This document shows, piece after piece, positions 40,092 through 48,914 of a stretch of 64,000 bases of DNA. A program made the translations under genes and the position numbers. Within the stretch, counting starts at the first letter, position 1. Each line of letters begins with the position of its first letter. The stretch spans positions 2,089 to 66,088 of the forward strand of contig CAZKVI010000003.1 in assembly GCA_964556185.1 (NCBI GenBank). Direction: 5' to 3'. The DNA comes from an uncultured Methanosarcinales archaeon (GTDB lineage: Archaea; Nanobdellota; Nanobdellia; Woesearchaeales; DSVV01). Below the pieces are notes generated by a model. It was not told the DNA's origin and ran no database searches. It worked only from the letters and a program-made list of their open reading frames with translations.

Positions 40092-42887
40092 ATGTCAATA
40101 CAACCTACAAAGAAAAACCCAATATTCTCATTTATTATACCGATCTTAATTGTAATTTTCTTTTCATCAACTAAATTAATCAATTTAGTAACAGATTATT
40201 GGTGGTTCGATGCATTAGGTTTCAAAGAAATCTTTATGATCAGCTTAAAAGCTAAATTAACATTATTCATAGCAGCAGCATTATTCTTCTTCATATTCGC
40301 ATTAATTAATCTAACTATCTCAACCTATCTAAACAAGAAAATAACAATGCCAAAAGGTGTTAAACCAATACCATTTAGATTCAAACTTTTATTAACATCT
40401 TTAGTGGCTTTATTTGTTGGTTTTGTATCTTACAATTCTTGGTTTAATGTTTTGCAATACTTAAATCAAACACCTTTTAATTTACAAGATCCAATATTTT
40501 TTAGAGATGTTGCATTCTATGTGTTTTCATTGCCATTTTTCTTATTTGCCTGGAAATTTTTAATGGCAACTTTAGTAATTACAACAATTATTGTAGCTAT
40601 AGATTATTTACAAGCAATATTCTTTTCATTACTTAAGAAAAAACATGACAAACCACAAGTTGTTGATGCAAACGGAATCCCAAGAAGTACTGGTCAAATA
40701 AACATAGCTGAAATATTCAAAAACATAAAACAATATGCATTAGTACATCTAGCTTTCTTAGGTTCATTATTTTTCATTTTATTAGCTGTAAAACATTATT
40801 TAACAAAATTCTCAATTATGTATTCAGAAGCAGGAATTGTCGTCGGAGCCGGTTATACAGATGTAGTAGTTTTTGTCCCAATTGTAAAATTACTTACAAT
40901 CTTAGCAGTCATTGTGTCTGTATTATTCTTTGTCTGGATTTTTGTAATATCAAAATCACAAAGATTAAAGAAAAGACATATTTTAGCTTACTTCGTAATC
41001 CTATATTTGATATTTTTCTTTATAGCACCAACAGTAATCCCAGGTGTAATTCAAGCATTAAAAGTTGATCCAAATGAAATCAATCTAGAAAAACCTTATA
41101 TTGAAAACAATATTGAATTTACAAAAATTGCTTACGGTTTAGAAGATGTTGAAGAAACAGATTTCTCAGTAGAAATGTCATTAACACCAGAAATCTTAGA
41201 AGAAAATCCAGAAACAATTGATAATGTAAGAATATTAGATTGGAGACCATTAACACAAACATATAAACAAACACAAGAAATAAGGTTGTATTATGATTTA
41301 GCAAATATTGATATTGATAGATATACAATTGAAGGAAAATATACAGAAGTCATGCTCTCACCAAGAGAAATTAATCAATATCAAATCATAGATAATGCAC
41401 AAACATGGGTTAATTTACACATGGTTTATACTCATGGTTATGGTGTTGTAGTAAGTCCTGTTAATAAAGTCACAGAACAAGGAATGCCTGAGTATCTTGT
41501 ACAAGATATTCCATCTGTGTATAATGTTGATGAACCTTCTTTAATTGTAGAAACACCACAAATATATTATGGAGAAATAGACAATGATTTTATCTTAACA
41601 AACACATTAACTCCAGAATTTGATTATCCAAAGGGAAACACAAATGAATACCTGCATTATGATGGAAATGGCGGAATTGTTCTCGACACTTTCTGGAAAA
41701 AAGCATTAATGGCATTAAGATTCATGGATATTAAGATATTATTATCAGATGATTTAACTATAGAAAGTAAGATAATGTTTACAAGAGCAATCCAAGACAG
41801 AATTGCAAAATTAACACCATTCTTAATGCTTGATTATGATCCTTATTTAGTTATCAATGATGGAAAATTATATTGGATACAAGATGCTTACACTTATACA
41901 GGGAACTTCCCATACTCTGAAAAATACAACATGATTAATTACATGAGGAACTCTGTGAAAATTGTAGTCGATGCATACAATGGAGATGTAACTTATTATA
42001 TTGTTGACACAGAAGATCCATTAATTGCAACATATGCAAAAATCTTCCCAGATCAATTTAAGTCATTCGAAGAATTCCCAGAAGGATTAATTGAACATAT
42101 TAGATATCCTGAAAACTTATTTGATATACAAGCTTACATTTATAGTACATATCATATGAATGATCCAACTGTCTTTTATAATAAAGAAGATGCATGGGAT
42201 ATTCCTACAGAAGTCTATGGTACTGGTCAACAAATATATGTTGAACCATATTATATTATTATGAAATTACCAGGAGAAGAATCTGAAGAATTTGTTTTAA
42301 TGACTTCATTTACTCCAATAAGTAAAGATAATATGATTGCATGGCTAGCAGCAAGATCTGACGGAGATAATTATGGTAAACTATTGTTATACAAATTCCC
42401 AAAAGATAAATTAATCTATGGTCCATTACAAATAGAAGCTAAATTTGACCAAGACTCAGAAATATCTCAGCAATTAACACTTTGGTCTCAACAAGGTTCT
42501 AGTGTTACAAGAGGTAACTTATTAGTAATTCCAATTGATGATAGTATTTTATACATTGAACCACTTTATATCCAAGCAGAAACAGGTCAATTGCCAGAAT
42601 TAAAAAGAGTTTTAGTTTCAGATGGAGAAAGAGTAGTAATGGAACAATATTTATCAGATGCATTAGAAATTCTATTCGGAAAATCATCAACAGTTGAAGA
42701 TACAGAAGACGACAGGGAATATACTGGAGATGTAGAATACTCAGGCGATGAAACAGATGAAGAATTAATGCAATCTGCTCAAGATTACTATGATTCAATA
42801 TTAGAATCTATGGAATCTGGTGATTGGGTAGAATTTGGAGAAAACTTTGACAATCTTGGCCAAGTTTTGAATGAATTGAATAATTAA
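40092..42887 (+). CDS. UPF0182-family large membrane protein (N-terminal multi-TM region plus large extracytoplasmic domain)
   Basis: 931 aa. About seven TM helices in the first 300 aa are followed by a long soluble region carrying motifs I associate with COG1615 (GNLLVIPIDDSILYIEPLYIQA). Confidence 0.6.
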   Translation: MSIQPTKKNPIFSFIIPILIVIFFSSTKLINLVTDYWWFDALGFKEIFMISLKAKLTLFIAAALFFFIFALINLTISTYLNKKITMPKGVKPIPFRFKLLLTSLVALFVGFVSYNSWFNVLQYLNQTPFNLQDPIFFRDVAFYVFSLPFFLFAWKFLMATLVITTIIVAIDYLQAIFFSLLKKKHDKPQVVDANGIPRSTGQINIAEIFKNIKQYALVHLAFLGSLFFILLAVKHYLTKFSIMYSEAGIVVGAGYTDVVVFVPIVKLLTILAVIVSVLFFVWIFVISKSQRLKKRHILAYFVILYLIFFFIAPTVIPGVIQALKVDPNEINLEKPYIENNIEFTKIAYGLEDVEETDFSVEMSLTPEILEENPETIDNVRILDWRPLTQTYKQTQEIRLYYDLANIDIDRYTIEGKYTEVMLSPREINQYQIIDNAQTWVNLHMVYTHGYGVVVSPVNKVTEQGMPEYLVQDIPSVYNVDEPSLIVETPQIYYGEIDNDFILTNTLTPEFDYPKGNTNEYLHYDGNGGIVLDTFWKKALMALRFMDIKILLSDDLTIESKIMFTRAIQDRIAKLTPFLMLDYDPYLVINDGKLYWIQDAYTYTGNFPYSEKYNMINYMRNSVKIVVDAYNGDVTYYIVDTEDPLIATYAKIFPDQFKSFEEFPEGLIEHIRYPENLFDIQAYIYSTYHMNDPTVFYNKEDAWDIPTEVYGTGQQIYVEPYYIIMKLPGEESEEFVLMTSFTPISKDNMIAWLAARSDGDNYGKLLLYKFPKDKLIYGPLQIEAKFDQDSEISQQLTLWSQQGSSVTRGNLLVIPIDDSILYIEPLYIQAETGQLPELKRVLVSDGERVVMEQYLSDALEILFGKSSTVEDTEDDREYTGDVEYSGDETDEELMQSAQDYYDSILESMESGDWVEFGENFDNLGQVLNELNN

Positions 42888-43204
42888 TCAACTTTCATAT
42901 CTTTTAATTTCTTATTTATTGTAATTTCAATTAAATCTAAATTAATATTTTCATAACCTTTAGATATTCTTAATTGTAACTCTGCATTTACTTTTCTGTT
43001 TAATTTATTCTTAATATTTTCAATATCTTTATCTGGCAATACTGTATAAGTTGGATTTATCTTCTCTCTGTATTTCATAGAAATATCAAAACTATTCTTA
43101 AGTTCTTTATCATAATGTTTTCTAATGTTGTCGTCATCAATGGCTTTAGATAATATTTCATGGATTATTGAATTTGATAAGTTACCAATAAATAAGTCTA
43201 TCAA
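42884..43204 (-). CDS. Hypothetical protein
   Basis: 106 aa. It is immediately downstream (on the minus strand) of the palindrome-containing promoter module. Confidence 0.3.
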   Translation of the reverse strand: MIDLFIGNLSNSIIHEILSKAIDDDNIRKHYDKELKNSFDISMKYREKINPTYTVLPDKDIENIKNKLNRKVNAELQLRISKGYENINLDLIEITINKKLKDMKVD

Positions 43205-43206
43205 TT

Positions 43207-43300
43207 TATACTAAAAGTGATTAATTTTCGTACAAATTAATCACTTTTGTATATACCAGAGTGTAAAATAATTTGACTTTATTTTACACTTTAAGTATAT
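43207..43300. promoter_or_regulatory. Repeated intergenic module (copy A): TATA box plus AAAAGTGATTAAT..ATTAATCACTTTT palindrome plus GTGTAAAATAA..TTATTTTACAC palindrome
   Basis: About 85% identical to 50041..50120. The palindrome lies between the TATA box and the start codon of the minus-strand gene 42884..43204. Confidence 0.5.
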
Positions 43301-43302
43301 TT

Positions 43303-44100
43303 CTATTTTGAACCACTTTTAATCCCTCTCAAAATCTTTGTTTCTAATTTCTTATACAATTTCTTGTATTTTCTAAGAAATCTCTTTTTATCACTTATTA
43401 TGTTCTCTTTTATTTCTTTGTATGCATTCTTTCCGAACAATTTATCAATTTCCTTGTCAACTTTATCTTTACTTATCTTATTTTTATTTAAAAACAATGA
43501 AATAGAAACAACATTCCTTAACATTTCATATTTTTCATTACCATTTAACATATTAAAGTTTTCAATTAATAATTTGCTTTTTAATAAGTGCAAATCTAAT
43601 ATTTTATAATTAATTTTATGTTTTGTTTTATAGATAAATCTTTTTCTAGTAATACATTTACTTAACATTGTTTGATACAATGGATCTGTATTCAAACCAT
43701 TAATTAAGGCTTTATTATTTATTAGAATTATGTGCGGTTTAATACCTAATTTATTTTCTAATTCTTCTTCAAGATATTTCTCATCAATTTGATCATCCAT
43801 AATAACTAATACATCAATATCATTAAAATGAAACCCTTTTTCTAAAAATGAACCTGTTATGATTAGGTTATCATAAGTTTTGAATATTTTATCTATATTC
43901 TCAAATATTTGGCTGATTATATTAACTTTTACAGGCTCTAAGAAGTCAATATTATAGAAAAATGGTTTCTCAATAGGTCTTTCTAACTCTTGTAATGGTT
44001 TTATGGTTACATGACTACCTACTTCAAACCCAAGCCTTCTTTTTGGGATGTATATTTGATCCATCCTACTTCCTTTACTAATCTTACTTATTAGTTTCAT
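43303..44100 (-). CDS. Pol-beta-superfamily nucleotidyltransferase-domain protein
   Basis: ITGSFLEKGFHFNDIDVLV fits the GS-x(9-13)-DxD minimal nucleotidyltransferase motif. Confidence 0.45.
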   Translation of the reverse strand: MKLISKISKGSRMDQIYIPKRRLGFEVGSHVTIKPLQELERPIEKPFFYNIDFLEPVKVNIISQIFENIDKIFKTYDNLIITGSFLEKGFHFNDIDVLVIMDDQIDEKYLEEELENKLGIKPHIILINNKALINGLNTDPLYQTMLSKCITRKRFIYKTKHKINYKILDLHLLKSKLLIENFNMLNGNEKYEMLRNVVSISLFLNKNKISKDKVDKEIDKLFGKNAYKEIKENIISDKKRFLRKYKKLYKKLETKILRGIKSGSK

Positions 44101-44135
44101 ATTACGTAATATTACGTAATAATATATAAATCTTT
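44085..44135 (-). promoter_or_regulatory. Promoter with tandem ATTACGTAAT palindromes between the TATA box and the start codon
   Basis: Minus strand reads ccgaaagatttatata then ttattacgtaatattacgtaat then ATG. Confidence 0.4.
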
Positions 44136-44140
44136 CGGTT

Positions 44141-44443
44141 TTATTTCAGGCTTTTATTATTTAATCTAGCTTTTCTAATTTTAATAAGCTTCTTAATCTT
44201 CTTATTCCATCTTTTAATATCTAAAAATTTAGCAAAACAAGATTTATCACTTCTTAATTTTGTTCTGTCATCATAACCTCTAAATCCATCTCTATAATTT
44301 GTCCAATCATCATACATTTCTTTTGGTTCTAGACATTCTTCAATTAGTTTACTCTTTTTTAACTTAATGGTTGAGTTAGGAGTAACTCTACCACTATGTC
44401 TTCTTTTCTTTCTGTTCATTTTATTAGAATACCCTAATGACAA
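44141..44443 (-). CDS. Small basic (Lys/Arg-rich) protein
   Basis: 100 aa with K/R-rich termini. Confidence 0.3.
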   Translation of the reverse strand: MSLGYSNKMNRKKRRHSGRVTPNSTIKLKKSKLIEECLEPKEMYDDWTNYRDGFRGYDDRTKLRSDKSCFAKFLDIKRWNKKIKKLIKIRKARLNNKSLK

Positions 44444-44556
44444 GGCTTTTACCTTGCCATTTTAAGATTATATCTATTAAGGGTAGCAGCACATGGCTTT
44501 GCATCTTTTCTCACCATCTGTCCAAAAGTACATGACTTATTTTTATTGTTCTTGGA

Positions 44557-44904
44557 CTATGAGTTAATTGTTGGAGAAGTTTTACTAATCTCTTCAATAG
44601 ATTTTAAAGCTTCTTCAATTGCTTTAATCTTTTCTTCAGAGATCTCTTCTTTTTCCACAATCCTTTGTTTCATATTATCATATTCTTGTATGGCTTTCTC
44701 AATCTCTCTTTCTTTATTCCTTTTTTCTCTTTTTATGTCTTCTTCAATATCTTTGTTCCAGTTTTCTAAATCAATCTTTAATTCTTCTATTTGTTGTTCT
44801 TTGTGTTTTAATTTTTCCTTAAATGTTGACTTGGTAGTCATGATGTCAAGTTTTCTTCCTGTAAGTCTTTCCACAATACTATATCTTGATTGACTTTCTG
44901 TCAT
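44557..44904 (-). CDS. Coiled-coil protein
   Basis: 115 aa, Glu/Lys heptads. Confidence 0.35.
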   Translation of the reverse strand: MTESQSRYSIVERLTGRKLDIMTTKSTFKEKLKHKEQQIEELKIDLENWNKDIEEDIKREKRNKEREIEKAIQEYDNMKQRIVEKEEISEEKIKAIEEALKSIEEISKTSPTINS

Positions 44905-44934
44905 GTTCTCACCTCATTTTTTTACTGTTAATAG

Positions 44935-45070
44935 CGCCAGGGACGGGAGTTTCAGTAACTTCAAAGAGTTACACCCCATCAGTTGACATTTGAACCCACG
45001 TGACATTCAGGGGACGAATGTCAACTGGATCATCAGTCCAGCGTCTTGAGCCAGACTCGACCACCCTGGC
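44935..45070 (-). ncRNA. tRNA-like structured RNA (possible multi-intron tRNA, anticodon-like arm with GAU), with a partial duplicate at 45120..45175
   Basis: Minus strand has a 7-bp terminal helix GCCAGGG/CCCUGGC, UG, a D-like arm GUCG-AGUCUGGCUCA-AGAC, a stem-loop CUGGA-CUGAUGA-UCCAG and GUGGGUUCAAAU. About 60 extra nt include an 8-bp hairpin UGACAUUC/GAAUGUCA. A BRE/TATA ccgaaaactttatata in minus orientation lies at 45247-45262. Confidence 0.3.
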
Positions 45071-45224
45071 CTCGCCAACAGTAAAGTTTATATACTTGTT
45101 TGAATATACAATTAATTAAGGGGACGAATGTCAATTTGGATTATCAATCCAGTTTCTTTGGCCAACTTGGCCTTTTTTCTTTTTCAATATTCATTTTATA
45201 TATTGGCTCTATAAAGAACCATTA

Positions 45225-45725
45225 TTGGTAACCAATATAGATTACAATAAATATATAAAGTTTTCGGTTACTAATATATATTGTAATATGTATCCAGCTA
45301 AAAAAGAAAAGATAATTCATACAAAAATTATTGAATTTTTGAGAAATAATCCAAAAGGCCTTACTATGACTCAATTAGTAAGAGCCACAAAATTCTCTAG
45401 AAAGGCCATTGAAAAGCACCTAGAAGTATTAATATTGGAAAATGAGATTTATATGAAAAAATTTGGAGTTACAAAGGTTTATTACCCAAACCATAGAATT
45501 CATCACTTTGATTTTGAAAAATTGAGCTTTAACAACAGAACTATTTGGTTTGATATTTTAGAGAATGAATACGGGAAATATTTATTGATACAAAAAAAGA
45601 AAAAAGTAGAAGATAAATGGGAACATGAGCATTCAATCACAATACCATTAGAAAAAAGCAAAGAATTCTTAAAAACATTAGATAATCTTTTGAAATCAAG
45701 TAGAATGAAGAAATTGATTAAATAA
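45225..45725 (+). CDS. Winged-helix DNA-binding protein
   Basis: LTMTQLVRATKFSRKAIEKHLEVLILENEIY is wHTH-like. The true start is probably MYPAKKEK at about 45288. Confidence 0.4.
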   Translation: MVTNIDYNKYIKFSVTNIYCNMYPAKKEKIIHTKIIEFLRNNPKGLTMTQLVRATKFSRKAIEKHLEVLILENEIYMKKFGVTKVYYPNHRIHHFDFEKLSFNNRTIWFDILENEYGKYLLIQKKKKVEDKWEHEHSITIPLEKSKEFLKTLDNLLKSSRMKKLIK

Positions 45726-45766
45726 CCATCAATAAATTTATTAATACATCAATCAATAATCTTTCT

Positions 45767-46648
45767 ATGAACAAATCAATTATAATCTCATTAATACTTA
45801 TACTTGTCTTAATCACATCAGTTTATGCATTAGAAGGTTCTAGAACTGAATTAGAAAAAGCATCTGCTCAAGAATATGGCTATGCAAGAGGATATGACCA
45901 AGCTTCTGATGGAATGTCAAAAGATCCAAATTGGGTTAGCAAATATACAAATAGATTAAGTAGTATTGCAAGACACTATGTAATTGATGTAACTGAAGAA
46001 GAAATTGAAGCATATCAATCAGCAAAAGGTACATATTTGTTAGCATATAAACAAGGCTATGATGATTATAAACAAGGAGAACCTGAACCACAAACTAAAA
46101 AAGTTGAAAAAGTTGAAAGATATGGAACAGTTACAGAAGAAATAACAGAATCACCTTTAACAAATATAGATTGGGATAAATCTACAGAAGAACTTGGTTA
46201 TGAATTCGGTGTTTATGATGCACAACAAGGCAATGCAAAATCTCCTTATACAATTTTGAATAAACTTAGTTGGGATACTTCTTTGAAAATAAAAGCACGA
46301 AGAATAGTTAATGAAAAAGTAGACTTTATCAAAGCATACAAAAAAGGATATGAAGCATCTGATTCTGTTGAAATAGTAAGACAACAAGACAAAGGCATGG
46401 CTGAAAAAGGAGAATCTGAAATAATTGGCTGGGCACTAGGTTATTCTCATGCAATTAATGGCCAAGAACAAGACTCAGGAGTTATTTATGATTACACATA
46501 CCTTAGCAGGCTTCCTAAGGATCTATTTGACAAAAGTGTACATCATATGTTACCACGTAGATTAAAAATCAGTCCTAATGAAAGACATTGGTTTGAACAA
46601 GGCTATAACAATGGCTATGCAGATGGTTTGCTGAAGTTAGAAGAATGA
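45767..46648 (+). CDS. Secreted repeat protein (signal peptide; repeated Y-x-x-G-Y-D/E motifs)
   Basis: N-terminal signal SIIISLILILVLITSVYALEG. At least five GY-rich repeats (YARGYDQASDG, AYKQGYDDYKQG, KAYKKGYEASD, GYNNGYADG and others). Confidence 0.45.
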   Translation: MNKSIIISLILILVLITSVYALEGSRTELEKASAQEYGYARGYDQASDGMSKDPNWVSKYTNRLSSIARHYVIDVTEEEIEAYQSAKGTYLLAYKQGYDDYKQGEPEPQTKKVEKVERYGTVTEEITESPLTNIDWDKSTEELGYEFGVYDAQQGNAKSPYTILNKLSWDTSLKIKARRIVNEKVDFIKAYKKGYEASDSVEIVRQQDKGMAEKGESEIIGWALGYSHAINGQEQDSGVIYDYTYLSRLPKDLFDKSVHHMLPRRLKISPNERHWFEQGYNNGYADGLLKLEE

Positions 46649-46755
46649 TGGTAATTATATAACATTAAATATTGTTTATCACAACATCTGATGTTAAACT
46701 AAAGTTCTCTAAAATTAACAGATTGTTAATAACAAAGAACAAGTGAAAAACTTCT

Positions 46756-47571
46756 CTACTTAAAGTCATGTTCTTTGTATTTCTTAAGAAGTCCTAAAAT
46801 TTCCTTATCTTTAATATCTTTCAATTTTAAAATAATATTATTTATATCATCGCCTTCTTCACTATTGTCTTCTTTTCTAAAACTTATTGAAATTTTATCA
46901 TCTTGCCAAATAAAATATCTCAATATCTCAATATCTTTATCATTAGAGTTGTCCTCTAGCCATTTTCCAAGCTTTTTCTTTAATTTAAATAAATCTTCAT
47001 CATATTTTGGTGTTTTAGTATAAAGTGCTCTAGCGAAACCCTCTAATCCAATAATACTATTAAGTTTTTTCTTTGTTTTTCTTGAATAATATTCATAGTC
47101 TGTTCTACTAATTGGTTTTTCCTCAATAATCCTTTTAATTATTTGTTTTTCTTTTTTTGTGAAAATTTGAGATAGCCACATCTGTAGATTTCTCTCTGCA
47201 TAGATTTTTTGCTTGTCAATTATTAATTCAGATTTTTTTAATCTAGCTAATTGCAATTCAAACTCTTGTTTAAATTCATCATAATCAAGATTTCCTTTAT
47301 TACTAAACTCAGGCAATTGTTTATCAATATTATTCTCTTCAAATATTATTCTTGTAAAAGCTAATATTTGGCTAAAAATCTTTTTTTTAGGTGTTTTTTG
47401 ATATAATTCTTCAATATCTAAGTCATACTTATAAATTAGAAATGGAATAGCTTTCAAATATCTTATATTCTCAGTCTTCAAAATAGATAAAATTAGTTTT
47501 TCTTTGCTTTTATCTGCACCAAGCATCCTGTAGCCTGCATCAGTAAGCTTTTTCTCTATTGCTGTTGCCAT
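46756..47571 (-). CDS. Hypothetical protein (second gene of the inserted two-gene cassette)
   Basis: 271 aa. It overlaps the upstream nucleotidyltransferase-like gene by 16 nt. Confidence 0.35.
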   Translation of the reverse strand: MATAIEKKLTDAGYRMLGADKSKEKLILSILKTENIRYLKAIPFLIYKYDLDIEELYQKTPKKKIFSQILAFTRIIFEENNIDKQLPEFSNKGNLDYDEFKQEFELQLARLKKSELIIDKQKIYAERNLQMWLSQIFTKKEKQIIKRIIEEKPISRTDYEYYSRKTKKKLNSIIGLEGFARALYTKTPKYDEDLFKLKKKLGKWLEDNSNDKDIEILRYFIWQDDKISISFRKEDNSEEGDDINNIILKLKDIKDKEILGLLKKYKEHDFK

Positions 47572-48176
47572 TTTTTAACCTCATTTATTATTTCTTTATT
47601 TTCCATATTCCATTCTTTAAATTTTATTTCAATTAGATCTAATAATTTTTGTTTATAATTTGCAACAATAGATGTTTGCATAGTTTCTTTATATCTACTA
47701 ACAAGTTCTTTAAGATCTATTTTCTCTTTTTCAAAAATTCTTTTTACATCATCAAAGTCTCTAGAATCACCTCTTGCTAATTTACTTATTATAACATCAT
47801 ACAAAGATAATGTATAAAGTTCAATCTTACCAAATGATTGAATATGTTTGGATTTTTCTAAACAATCTGGAAGTAAATCAGTTCCTAAAATATATGAACT
47901 ATGAAAGACATCAAAAGCCAAACCTTCTTGTGTAATCCAGCGAATATGTCCTGTTTTCTCAAATCCAATCTGTTCAAATATCTTACAGATATATTTGTAT
48001 TCTTTATCTGAGTGGATATTAATATCTATGTCTAATGTTGATTGTTTGATATTAAGTATTGTTAATGCTGTTCCACCTAATGCATACATCTTAGTTTTCT
48101 TTTCAATAAATTTTGATAGGGATTCAAGTAATTCAAAGAGTTCATTAGCATTAATTTCTTTTTTATTGTGAGGCAT
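47556..48176 (-). CDS. Nucleotidyltransferase-fold protein (AbiEii/MNT-like) inside the inserted cassette
   Basis: YALGGTALTILNIKQSTLDIDINI fits the G-G-x(n)-DxD nucleotidyltransferase signature. Confidence 0.4.
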   Translation of the reverse strand: MPHNKKEINANELFELLESLSKFIEKKTKMYALGGTALTILNIKQSTLDIDINIHSDKEYKYICKIFEQIGFEKTGHIRWITQEGLAFDVFHSSYILGTDLLPDCLEKSKHIQSFGKIELYTLSLYDVIISKLARGDSRDFDDVKRIFEKEKIDLKELVSRYKETMQTSIVANYKQKLLDLIEIKFKEWNMENKEIINEVKKWQQQ

Positions 48177-48553
48177 ATTACTAATAAAACAGCTTTAGTA
48201 TATAAATCTTCCTATTTTTGTACGTATATATACAATTATTGTATAAAAAACTCACAAAGAAGGCTATAACAATGACTATGCAGATGGATTGTTGAAGTTG
48301 GAAGAATGAATATAAACAAAGAAAACTAGCAAATAATGTAGTGGTTAACTTTTTAATAAATTACTATTTAATATGTAAAATGTAGTGGTTATATATTTCT
48401 CTAAATTAGGTGTCTACATTTATGGTGTTTTGTAGTCACCCATATATTGATTATTTATTTCTAACTAGTTCAATTAATTTCATTCTTACTTTGGTTCAAA
48501 TTAAGACCAAAAAAGTTCTTCTTAAGATTTGAGTATGGATTGTAAGAAAAAAA

Positions 48554-48640
48554 CGCCACGACCCGGACTTTCAAACCACAGGTTTGAACCTTTTGGTTTT
48601 TGAACCGGGATACAATATGAGCTTTGCTCATATGTACAAA
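48554..48640 (-). pseudogene. tRNA 3'-end-like fragment (duplicate of the tRNA-Ser T-arm and acceptor 3' strand with a ~31-nt insertion in the T-loop), ending in oligo-T
   Basis: Minus strand reads GUAUCCCGG-UUCAAA[31 nt]U-CCGGG-UCGUGGCG-UUUUUUU. The intact tRNA-Ser just upstream has AUAUCCCGG-UUCAAAU-CCGGG-CCACAGCG. Confidence 0.3.
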
Positions 48641-48649
48641 AAATTAAAA

Positions 48650-48763
48650 CGCTGTGGCCCGGATTTGAACCGGGATATCCCGGAGGAAACAAGCTAAACA
48701 GTGCATGCCTTGAAAATACATACATTTCCAGGCTTGCGCAGTACCAGGTTGTGCCACCACAGC
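48650..48763 (-). tRNA. tRNA-Ser (anticodon GGA) with a ~30-nt intron at 37/38 and a long variable arm
   Basis: Acceptor GCUGUGG/CCACAGC plus G. Anticodon stem CAAGC/GCUUG. Loop CUGGAA[intron]A. Variable arm ~15 nt. T-arm CCCGG-UUCAAAU-CCGGG. Confidence 0.65.
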
Positions 48764-48770
48764 AAAAAAA

Positions 48771-48897
48771 GGTGGCAGTGGCGGGATCTGAACCCGCGGC
48801 TTCTAGATCGCCCAGATATAAAGTTTAATCATCGGCATGAGCCTCATCACTCAAATCTTATGAGTCTAGCACTCTAACCAGGCTGAGTTACACTGCC
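48771..48897 (-). tRNA. tRNA-Met (CAU anticodon; possibly Ile2 if C34 is modified) with a ~50-nt intron at 37/38, encoded CC, and an oligo-T terminator
   Basis: Acceptor GGCAGUG/CACUGCC plus A plus CC. D-arm ACUC-AGCCUGGUUA-GAGU. Anticodon stem CUAGA/UCUAG. Loop CUCAUA[intron]A. T-arm GCGGG-UUCAGAU-CCCGC. The intron contains GUGAUGA (C-box-like). Confidence 0.65.
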
Positions 48898-48914
48898 TTA
48901 ATTATTGTTTAGAA

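Larger units (their letters stand above)
46599..48309. mobile_element. Putative small integrated element: ~1.6 kb insert bounded by 50-bp direct repeats that duplicate the 3' end of gene 45767..46648
   Basis: DR1 at 46599..46648 is aaggctataacaatggctatgcagatggtttgctgaagttagaagaatga. DR2 at 48260..48309 is aaggctataacaatgactatgcagatggattgttgaagttggaagaatga. Four differences; three are synonymous in the gene frame. The interior carries two minus-strand genes and its own BRE/TATA. Confidence 0.45.

Noticed and set aside
39206-40174. ORFs 39206..39520 and 39911..40174 (+)
   Set aside because: They lie antisense within the Dus gene and its promoter and have low-complexity translations.
44935-45070. 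Interpretation of the GC-rich element as a C/D-box sRNA (CUGAUGA, CUGA, CUGAUGG and CUGA boxes present)
   Set aside because: Box spacing (19-24 nt guides) and the distance of the boxes from the terminal helix are atypical for archaeal C/D sRNAs. tRNA-like D, anticodon and T motifs fit better. This is kept only as an alternative.
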